DNA of 7,743 nt from positions 1,593 through 9,335 of the forward strand of contig CAZMCX010000028.1 of NCBI GenBank assembly GCA_964565125.1. The letters run 5' to 3'. Numbering within the stretch: the stretch's first letter is position 1; each line of letters begins with the position of its first letter. Made by a program: the position numbers and the translations under genes. Below are positions 1-6,595 of the stretch, in pieces. This DNA comes from an uncultured archaeon. GTDB taxonomy: Archaea; Iainarchaeota; Iainarchaeia; Iainarchaeales; 0-14-0-20-30-16. The notes below the pieces were generated by a model. It worked only from the letters and a program-made list of their open reading frames with translations, made no database searches and was not told the origin of the DNA.

Positions 1-18
1 TCTTCGTAGCTATTTAAC

Positions 19-55
19 CAAAGACATATATTTATATTATTTTCGTTAAATAGGT
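19..55 (+). promoter_or_regulatory. Putative promoter and SD region of the abiEii-abiEi operon
   Basis: 'CAAAGACATATATTTATATTAT' (19-40) contains TATA-like sequence 20-40 nt upstream of ATG 61. An AGGT element lies at 52-55. The first 10 nt are identical to 6688-6697, upstream of the other plus-strand operon. Confidence 0.3.
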
Positions 56-60
56 ATTAT

Positions 61-699
61 ATGGATTTACCACTAATCAGAAAATTAAAAAAGAAAGAAT
101 ACATTGACAAAGGAGTTTTACAAGATATCCTTATGTCAATAATATATAATATTGAACCTAAAGCAGTATTACATGGTGGAACATGTCTTTGGAGATGTTT
201 TAAAGGAAATAGGTTCTCAGATGATCTGGATTTTTATTTTATCCCACAAAAAGATTTTAAAACAAAATTTGAGTCAGAACTAAAGACTAGGGGCCTTACC
301 TTAACAAAATACAAAACTACCAAAAACACAATATTTTCAAAAATAACTGATGGGAGAACAGATGTAAAATTAGAAGCTAGTTTCCAAAAAAAACAAGGCA
401 CTTTAACAAAATATGAACTTATTGATGGTTCTTTTATGGATATTTTAAGTCTAACACCCAAAGAATGTTTTTTTGAAAAACTAGATACTTACAAAAATCG
501 TAGACTAATACGAGACATTTACGACCTATATTTTCTTTCAAATATTTTAACCTTTAATCAGGATGAAAAAAATAAAATAAAAAAATTCCTTAAAAAACTA
601 GAAGAACCACTAGATACCGACAACTTATCTACAATAATCTTAGTTGGATTAACACCTACTTTCAAAGACATTATTTTAAAACTCAAGAGGCTGATATAA
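61..699 (+). CDS. abiEii: AbiEii/AbiGii-family nucleotidyltransferase (DUF1814-like), putative toxin of a type IV toxin-antitoxin / abortive-infection module
   Basis: 212-aa ORF. It carries an N-terminal nucleotidyltransferase-fold signature 'LHGGTCLWRCFKGNRFSDDLDFYF' (GG...RxSxDlDF) and a later 'RLIRDIYDLYFL' (RDxYDL) motif, both typical of AbiEii as I recall the family. Its stop overlaps the next gene's start (TAATG at 697-701). An AGGT Shine-Dalgarno-like element lies at 52-55. Confidence 0.78.
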   Translation: MDLPLIRKLKKKEYIDKGVLQDILMSIIYNIEPKAVLHGGTCLWRCFKGNRFSDDLDFYFIPQKDFKTKFESELKTRGLTLTKYKTTKNTIFSKITDGRTDVKLEASFQKKQGTLTKYELIDGSFMDILSLTPKECFFEKLDTYKNRRLIRDIYDLYFLSNILTFNQDEKNKIKKFLKKLEEPLDTDNLSTIILVGLTPTFKDIILKLKRLI

Positions 700-1259
700 T
701 GCTTGTACAAAAAATATTTGAACGCTACAAAAACGCGTCCATTTTTACAAAAAAGGATTTACTTCTATTTTTACAAGAAGATAGCAAAAAAATAAATTCA
801 TTAATTTCATATTTAATAAAACAAAAGAAAGTATATCGGCTAGGACAAGGACAATACTCATTAAACAGTAACCCCCTAGTCATTGGCTTTGCATATAGGC
901 CATTTTATTACGGTTTACAGAATGCCTTAACAATCCACAATCTTTGGGGCCAAGCAACAAATCCAGTAATAATAACCTCAAAAAAAGCGAGAATTGGTGA
1001 AAAAGAAATAAACGGCCAAAAAGTCATAATTCATAGAATAAAACAGAAATATTTGGGGGGATTTGAATTGAAAGAAGTTTCGGGGATAAATGTTCCGGTT
1101 TCAGACTTAGAAAAAACATACATTGACTTTTTTCATTTTAAAATCAAATTAGACAAAAATACAAAAGAGGAAATTTTAAAAAAAATAAATAAAAAAAAGC
1201 TTAAAGATTACTTACAAATATATCCTAAAAGCATACAAACCACAGTTCTCAAAGGCTAG
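699..1259 (+). CDS. abiEi: AbiEi-like antitoxin / winged-helix transcriptional regulator, partner of the AbiEii gene
   Basis: 186-aa ORF, translationally coupled to the upstream gene by a 1-nt overlap. The N-terminal wHTH-like segment is 'IFTKKDLLLFLQEDSKKINSLISYLIKQKKVYRLGQGQYSL'. The C-terminal segment 'PFYYGLQNALTIHNLWGQATNPVIITSKK...VPVSDLEKTYIDFF' resembles the AbiEi C-terminal domain pattern. The family call comes from motif memory plus its pairing with AbiEii. Confidence 0.62.
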   Translation: MLVQKIFERYKNASIFTKKDLLLFLQEDSKKINSLISYLIKQKKVYRLGQGQYSLNSNPLVIGFAYRPFYYGLQNALTIHNLWGQATNPVIITSKKARIGEKEINGQKVIIHRIKQKYLGGFELKEVSGINVPVSDLEKTYIDFFHFKIKLDKNTKEEILKKINKKKLKDYLQIYPKSIQTTVLKG

Positions 1260-1262
1260 GGC

Positions 1263-2231
1263 TTATTTTCCAGATTCTTTTTTATATTTATTAATTATTA
1301 CTTTCTTTTTATAATATAGATAATATCCTATTGGACTCGAAAAATTACAATCTCCGCAATCAATTCCAATTGATTTTAATTTCTGGCAATTAGAAACAGA
1401 ATAATTCCCGTCTTGAATCTTTTTCAGTTGGTATTTTGTAATTTTTTCATCATAGTCTGAAGCTTTAGAAAATATCCCTAATACACTTTCAAAAGGCATC
1501 TTTACCTTAAACAAAAATGTTGCTAAAAAATATCTTTCTGCATGCGAGGGCGAGCCGCTATTTAAAGAATCAATTATTTTGTTTACACATAGCGGGAAAT
1601 ATTTAAAATCATCTTTTGAATACTTTACTTCTATTTCTTTTATTTTTGATTTTAATTTTTCGGCAACCATTCCAAATTTTTTATCTACACCGATTACGTT
1701 TAAAGGTAGTCCGGCCACAACCCGCTTTGAAACATATCTTGAAATGTAATCCTCAAACTCTTTGGAACTCAAAAAAATCTTGCCCTCTTTCAACTCAAAA
1801 TTAGTTAATTTTTGGCTTTCATCATAAATTTTTGCTTTTATATAATCATAGAAATTCAAAATATATTTTTCATTTTCAAATTTATAATCGATTTTTAAAT
1901 AATTTGCAATGTCTTTAAGCCCATACTTTAAGATAATTTGTTTTGTAAAGTAAATATAAGAATCACTAAACGCGGAAAAATATTTCCCATTATTTGAAAT
2001 AGACAATATTATTCGTACATACGGATAATACAACAGATATCTTTTATCTTCTGAGCTCATCACATATTCAAAAAAAGTATAATCTTTATTTATTATTTTT
2101 TCAAGAAGCACAGAAATAAGATTCAAATCTTCTTCTTTTACATTGTCTACAGAACTAGAAATTTCAAGAATTTGTTTTTTTGATTGTTCAACAAAAGGAA
2201 AGGTAAAAGAAAATAGAAATTCCTGCGTCAT
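1263..2231 (-). CDS. priL: DNA primase large (regulatory) subunit PriL, archaeal/eukaryotic type with a 4Fe-4S cluster domain
   Basis: 322-aa ORF. The C-terminal half shows the PriL pattern 'FPLCVNKIIDSL..G...SHAERYFLATFL....MPFESVLGIF......DEKITKYQLKKI'. It has four Cys (C215, C282, C292, C295; '...SNCQKLKSIGIDCGDC...PIGYY') positioned as Fe-S ligands. The start ATG at 2231-2229 lies 9 bp after the SPFH stop. Confidence 0.85.
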   Translation of the reverse strand: MTQEFLFSFTFPFVEQSKKQILEISSSVDNVKEEDLNLISVLLEKIINKDYTFFEYVMSSEDKRYLLYYPYVRIILSISNNGKYFSAFSDSYIYFTKQIILKYGLKDIANYLKIDYKFENEKYILNFYDYIKAKIYDESQKLTNFELKEGKIFLSSKEFEDYISRYVSKRVVAGLPLNVIGVDKKFGMVAEKLKSKIKEIEVKYSKDDFKYFPLCVNKIIDSLNSGSPSHAERYFLATFLFKVKMPFESVLGIFSKASDYDEKITKYQLKKIQDGNYSVSNCQKLKSIGIDCGDCNFSSPIGYYLYYKKKVIINKYKKESGK

Positions 2232-2240
2232 ATTATATCT

Positions 2241-3209
2241 TTACTTCTTAGCTTTTTTAACCTTTTCCAAGGATTTCTCGAAAGTAGGCCCATATTTTGC
2301 AAGGAATTCATACATCTTCTCTTGCTCGGCTTTAGTTCCAGAGGTTTGTCCAGCAATTAGTCCAGCAAGTTTAGTAAACTCCATGGGAAATATCCACTTT
2401 GTTGATGCTCCCTTAGACATTTCTTCAAGACCCTTTATGTAATAATACACTACTGACTTATCTGATAGCCCGCTTGCTGCTTGGTTTATGGCATTTATTT
2501 TTTCTCTTTCCGCTTCTGCTAATTCTATTATAGCTCTTTTCTTTTGAGATGCCGCCTCTTTTTCGTGCATAGCATCCTGTACTTCTTCAGGGATTATTAT
2601 TTCTTTTATCTCCACTGAATCAACAGCAACACCCCAATCTTTTGCAATTAAAGTTAATTCTGCTTTAAGCTTAGTAGACAAAATTCCTGTACTACTTATG
2701 ATCTCTGACAAAAGCATCTGGCCCATTACTTCTCTTATATTGGCTTCAATAAATAGTCTTGCTGCCCTTTTATAATTTTCAACTTTTATAACAGAATTCA
2801 CTACATCTTCTGTTTTGTTTTTAACTTTTATATAAACTACTGCATCAACTCTTAGCAAGATATTATCTTTTGTAATTACATTTTGTTTAGGAATATCTAT
2901 TGTTTGAACCCTTAAGTCCACAACAGTAAACTCTTCTATCAAAGGTATTACCATTATCCAGCCCGGACCTCCAACTCTTGACAACTTTCCAAACCGATAT
3001 ACTACTGCTCTTTCAAATTCTTTCAACAACAAAAGAGCACCAGTTTTTACAATTAAAAATATAAGTAAAATTAAAAATGCAACAATAAGTAAAACTAATT
3101 TAGCCCAATAATTAAACCCAAAAAAGATATCATATAAAAAATACGCAAGCAAGCAAATCAAAAGTAAAAAAAACCCAAAAAATATTGTTTTCTTTGCAGT
3201 ATCATCCAT
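2241..3209 (-). CDS. SPFH / Band 7 (stomatin-prohibitin-like) membrane protein
   Basis: 322-aa ORF. The N-terminus has two hydrophobic stretches ('TIFFGFFLLLICLLAYFLYDIFF', 'LVLLIVAFLILLIFLIV'). The SPFH core follows: 'EFERAVVYRFGKLSRVGGPGWIMVIPLIEEFTVVDLRVQTIDIPKQNVITKDNILLRVDAVVYIKV'. Next comes an Ala/Glu-rich coiled-coil region ('HEKEAASQKKRAIIELAEAEREKINAINQAA') and a roughly 80-aa C-terminal tail. A GTGAT SD-like element sits at 3215-3219 (minus strand), 5 nt before the ATG. Confidence 0.9.
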   Translation of the reverse strand: MDDTAKKTIFFGFFLLLICLLAYFLYDIFFGFNYWAKLVLLIVAFLILLIFLIVKTGALLLLKEFERAVVYRFGKLSRVGGPGWIMVIPLIEEFTVVDLRVQTIDIPKQNVITKDNILLRVDAVVYIKVKNKTEDVVNSVIKVENYKRAARLFIEANIREVMGQMLLSEIISSTGILSTKLKAELTLIAKDWGVAVDSVEIKEIIIPEEVQDAMHEKEAASQKKRAIIELAEAEREKINAINQAASGLSDKSVVYYYIKGLEEMSKGASTKWIFPMEFTKLAGLIAGQTSGTKAEQEKMYEFLAKYGPTFEKSLEKVKKAKK

Positions 3210-3223
3210 ATTCTATCACTTGT

Positions 3224-6200
3224 TTATTCTAATTCTTTCTTAAGCTTTTTTAAGAAAATATCCATCTGTTTTCCATCTTCAAATACATTGCTTAAAACAT
3301 CATACAAATTGTTTACAGAAATAATTCTAACTTTCTTTTTATCATCTTCAGTTAGTACAATGTCCTCCACATTTTGTTTTGGAACAATTACTGTTCTGAA
3401 ACCAGCATCTAGTGCTGCTTTTACCTTTGCAGTTACCCCTCCAACAGGCATAACCTTTCCTTTAACACTTAAAGACCCAGTCATAGCAATATCCTGCCTT
3501 ACTGGAATTCCTTCTATTGCGGATATCACTGCAGTTGTAATTGCAATTGACGCAGAATCCCCTTCAACCCCTGAATAACTTTGTAAAAATTGAATGTGTA
3601 TATCATGGCTTGATAAGTCAGTATTAGATACTTTTTTTATTATTGAAGAAACATTTAATACTGCTTCTTTAGCAATTTCTCCAAGCTTTCCAGTAGCATA
3701 AATCTTACCCTCACTTTTTGACTGGGCTGGGGCCACATCGGCTTCAATTGAAATTATTGTTCCTGTTTCGCCATCAGATAAAACTGCTAATCCATTTACT
3801 CTCCCAACTTCTTTTCCTTTAGTGCTAAACACACTATAGTCTTTAACTCTGCTAATATACTTTCCAATCATCTGCTCTTCTAATGTTTTTGCAGATTTCT
3901 TTGCTTCTAGCATATCTTCTATATCAACAATTTTCTTTCCTTTTTCTACAGCAATATCTCCTGCTGCCCTAATCAGCCCACCCAGCTCTCTGAATTTCAA
4001 GCTAAGCTTCTTTTTAGAATTCGCTCTTCTTCTTGCTTCAAAAATAATAAACTCCACTGCTTCTTTGTTAAATTGTGGAATCTTTCCATCATTCTTAATT
4101 TCCTGTGCAACAAATCTAACAATTTTATTCCTATTTTCAGGAATATCATCCATATCAACATTCATATAAACTTCGTAACCGTAACCCCTAATTCTAGATC
4201 TAATTGCTGGATGTAAATGCTGTAAGGATTCATAATTTCCTGCCGCAACTAAAACAAAGTCACAAGGAACTGATTCGGTTCTGACCATTGCTCCACTTGA
4301 TAGTTCACTTTGTCCTGTTATAGCTGCTTTTTTTTCTTGCATAGCAGTCAATAAATCTTGCTGGGATTTAGGAGATAAAGTTGCAATTTCATCTAAAAAC
4401 AAAACCCCTTTATTTGCTCTATGTATCATTCCAGGTATAACTCTCAGATGCGGTGGCGTTCCTAAACCCCCTGAGTTACTTATTAAAAGCCCATTTGCAA
4501 ATACATTTCCAGATTCTGTTGTAACATTATAAATTGTATCTTTAATATCAATAACATTATCACAAAAATCAAACTTTTTATTTTGTTTTAAATTTTTATA
4601 CCCTTCACTAGAAATACGCAGTGTACTTAAAATATATTTTTCTGATTTTCCATCCTGTTTTAATTTATATATATAATCTATTTTATGATCTATAGTCTTA
4701 ATTATTGCCTCCCCTAATCTTTTCTTTTTATTTTCACTATAATATATCGGAATAAATTTTGAAAACTTCATTAAATTTTCTATATTTTTTGATATTGATA
4801 ATTTCCACATGAAACTTTTTTCTCTAAAATTATTTTCATAAATACTATTTGTTGTTTCTATACCATAGGAATTTAAATATTTAGAAACAGAAGCTAAAAA
4901 ATCTAATCTATTCTTTTTAAAATCATAAGTTCCACAACTAGCTACCCCAAATTCTTGTATTTGCAAGCTTTTATCTGAAAATTTAGGGCTACATAATTCA
5001 TTTCCCAAAAAAGCACCAAAAAAGTTTTTTTGTGCTTCCTCACTTAAATAAATCCAATCCGGCACCTTTAATTCGCCTTTATTTTTTCTTCCAACTGGTG
5101 CTCCAAGAGCAACAAAAAATCTAATTATATCTCTATTAGTATTCCTAATACATTTTGAAGATTTATTTATTCCCCCAGCTCTTTCGTCAAAATTTTTAAC
5201 TATAGATTTCCCAAAAATTTTTACTAAATCTGATTTATAATCCGCTATTGACTGTTTTTCTGCAGAAGATAAAAAAATTGCATTTAGAGTAGAAAAAATT
5301 CCACCATCTCCAAAAGTAGTTCCTAAAATTCTGCTGATTGAATCTAAGCGATTATCTGTTAATTTAAATGGTAACAAGTTTAGGTCTTCTAATCTTTCTA
5401 TAGTTCTCACAGGTTTAGGCTTATTTTTTTTATTATTCCACCATCTTGTTTGACCGTCCTTAATTTTTAATAATTTGGCTATTTTTTTATATCCAAATTT
5501 TGGATTTTCTTTCTTCAATTCTAAAAATTCAAAATACTTTTGTGCACTTATTTGATCTTGTTTTGAAAATGTATTGATTATATTTTCTTTAGTTAAAATA
5601 GGATTCAAAAAGGTTACCATTTTTTCTTTGCCATTAAGTTTATTGGCTTCAATATATTTGTTATTTACATATATTTTGTGTTCTGGAGTAACTAATACTC
5701 TTTTTGAATCGTATCTTACTCCATACATTTTTCCGTCATATTTCTTTCTATTTACACACAAAATTCTTACTGGCTTTATCTTTCCACTTATATACCCCAA
5801 AGTATATATTTTTTCATTTTTAGGTAAAACCAAACCTTCATAGCCTTCATTATTTGTTTCTATTAAATCAGGATATTTTTTAAATATATTATCTACTACA
5901 TTTTGTAGAATTACTGATTCTAGTTTCCCTTGATTTTTTATATATACTACTGTCTGAGAAAAAATTGTCTGGAGCGGATCATGTTTAACGTCCCCAAATA
6001 ATGCTCCTGCTTTGGATCCAGTACCATCTACAAATGGTGCTTTATTTTTTTTAGAATTATCAATTAACAATTTAGGAGTTACAACTTTAAACGGCATCCT
6101 AAGTTGTCCCGACAACACAGAAGCAGCAACAAAAAACGAACCAACAATTAATGCTGCTGCAAAAATAACGTCGCTTATCCATACCCTGCGCCATGCAATA

Positions 6201-6586
6201 GCAGACAAAATAAACCAGCCCAAAGGCAAAATTAATGAAACAAATCTCATTGAATCTTTTTGGGCTTTTTCGTCCAATGTCATTTTTTCAACTATTTTTT
6301 TTCCTTCCCCACCATGTAAAACTTTTACTATGGGGGTGTGTGAATCAATTTTATTAGGATAAATTAATATGTCATCCAACTTATCAACAGGCATAATATC
6401 TGCCATTCCTTTTGCAAGCAGGGATTTTCCAGTTCCTGGCTCTCCAATAAGCAAAACATTTCTTCTTTGCTTTGCTGCTTTTTTTACTAATTCTACTGCT
6501 CTATCCTGGCCTATAACTTGGTCGATAAGTTTGTCAGGGACCTTAATTTCCGTAGTTGTACTATAATTCAGATCTTTTTCAGCCAT
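3224..6586 (-). CDS. lonB: Archaeal membrane-bound ATP-dependent Lon protease (LonB), intein-containing precursor
   Basis: Walker A is 'GEPGTGKS'. Two hydrophobic helices ('FVSLILPLGWFILSAIAW', 'VIFAAALIVGSFFVAASVL', about nt 6113-6247) are inserted after Walker A, which is the LonB hallmark. Walker B is 'GVLFLDEIATL'. The 'GQSELSSGAMVRTESVPCDFVLVAAGN' segment is present. The protease domain carries 'GVEGDSAS' (Ser1014 in track numbering) and 'PVGGVTAKV' (Lys1057), forming the Ser-Lys dyad. The mature size after intein removal is about 622-625 aa, which fits LonB. The ORF track starts at GTG 6595. I prefer ATG 6586 because GTGAC (6595-6591) then sits 4 nt upstream as an SD-like element. Confidence 0.95.
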   Translation of the reverse strand: MAEKDLNYSTTTEIKVPDKLIDQVIGQDRAVELVKKAAKQRRNVLLIGEPGTGKSLLAKGMADIMPVDKLDDILIYPNKIDSHTPIVKVLHGGEGKKIVEKMTLDEKAQKDSMRFVSLILPLGWFILSAIAWRRVWISDVIFAAALIVGSFFVAASVLSGQLRMPFKVVTPKLLIDNSKKNKAPFVDGTGSKAGALFGDVKHDPLQTIFSQTVVYIKNQGKLESVILQNVVDNIFKKYPDLIETNNEGYEGLVLPKNEKIYTLGYISGKIKPVRILCVNRKKYDGKMYGVRYDSKRVLVTPEHKIYVNNKYIEANKLNGKEKMVTFLNPILTKENIINTFSKQDQISAQKYFEFLELKKENPKFGYKKIAKLLKIKDGQTRWWNNKKNKPKPVRTIERLEDLNLLPFKLTDNRLDSISRILGTTFGDGGIFSTLNAIFLSSAEKQSIADYKSDLVKIFGKSIVKNFDERAGGINKSSKCIRNTNRDIIRFFVALGAPVGRKNKGELKVPDWIYLSEEAQKNFFGAFLGNELCSPKFSDKSLQIQEFGVASCGTYDFKKNRLDFLASVSKYLNSYGIETTNSIYENNFREKSFMWKLSISKNIENLMKFSKFIPIYYSENKKKRLGEAIIKTIDHKIDYIYKLKQDGKSEKYILSTLRISSEGYKNLKQNKKFDFCDNVIDIKDTIYNVTTESGNVFANGLLISNSGGLGTPPHLRVIPGMIHRANKGVLFLDEIATLSPKSQQDLLTAMQEKKAAITGQSELSSGAMVRTESVPCDFVLVAAGNYESLQHLHPAIRSRIRGYGYEVYMNVDMDDIPENRNKIVRFVAQEIKNDGKIPQFNKEAVEFIIFEARRRANSKKKLSLKFRELGGLIRAAGDIAVEKGKKIVDIEDMLEAKKSAKTLEEQMIGKYISRVKDYSVFSTKGKEVGRVNGLAVLSDGETGTIISIEADVAPAQSKSEGKIYATGKLGEIAKEAVLNVSSIIKKVSNTDLSSHDIHIQFLQSYSGVEGDSASIAITTAVISAIEGIPVRQDIAMTGSLSVKGKVMPVGGVTAKVKAALDAGFRTVIVPKQNVEDIVLTEDDKKKVRIISVNNLYDVLSNVFEDGKQMDIFLKKLKKELE
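4475..5968 (-). mobile_element. Intein (498 aa) with a LAGLIDADG homing-endonuclease domain, inserted in lonB
   Basis: Removing residues 210-707 restores the contiguous LonB motif 'GDVKHDPLQ|SGGLGTPPHLRV'. Block A-like is 'TIFSQTVVYIKNQG'. Block B is 'LVTPEHKIYV' (TxxH). LAGLIDADG motif 1 is 'ILGTTFGDGGI' (nt 5297-5338) and motif 2 is 'FFGAFLGNEL' (nt 4994-5026). Block F/G is 'IYNVTTESGNVFANGLLISN' followed by Ser+1. I verified the junction codons: ACA (Thr) at 5968-5966 and AGT AAC TCA (Ser-Asn|Ser) at 4480-4472. Confidence 0.85.
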
Positions 6587-6595
6587 AGAAGTCAC

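Noticed and set aside
234-461. 75-aa minus-strand ORF inside abiEii
   Set aside because: It lies entirely antisense within a motif-supported CDS. The product is low-complexity and hydrophobic, as expected from the reverse translation of AT-rich coding sequence, and there is no start context.
1616-1804. 62-aa plus-strand ORF inside priL
   Set aside because: It is antisense to the well-supported PriL CDS and has no recognisable motif. It is most likely a shadow ORF.
2143-2442. 99-aa plus-strand ORF spanning the priL/SPFH junction
   Set aside because: It is antisense to two homology-supported genes and crosses their 9-bp spacer. It is a shadow ORF.
3288-3578. 96-aa plus-strand ORF opposite the Lon protease domain
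   Set aside because: It is antisense to the most conserved part of LonB (the catalytic Ser/Lys region). The Ser/Thr/Phe-rich product is typical of a shadow frame.
5574-5843. 89-aa plus-strand ORF opposite the intein
   Set aside because: It is antisense to the intein coding sequence, which reads through in frame with both exteins. I see no independent signals.
4475-5968. Class 2 or class 3 intein mechanism as an explanation for the missing Cys/Ser1
   Set aside because: Class 3 inteins need the Trp-Cys-Thr motif with Cys at block F position 4, and here that position is Asn. Class 2 inteins rely on a +1 Cys attacking directly, and here +1 is Ser. Neither fits.
6012-6566. Two plus-strand ORFs (116 aa and 65 aa) opposite the LonB N-terminal ATPase/TM region
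   Set aside because: They are antisense to the Walker A and transmembrane segments of LonB. They are shadow ORFs.
6586-6595. GTG at 6595 as the lonB start, and likewise GTG 7076 for the second small gene
   Set aside because: Both GTGs fall inside GTGA(T/C) SD-like elements positioned 3-4 nt before an in-frame ATG, so the ATG starts are more plausible. I cannot exclude the GTG starts from sequence alone.
1263-6595. A functional link between the primase large subunit and the LonB/SPFH genes, based on apparent co-transcription
   Set aside because: I know of no mechanistic rationale for it. In compact archaeal genomes unrelated housekeeping genes are frequently strung into operons. I note only that no priS is adjacent.
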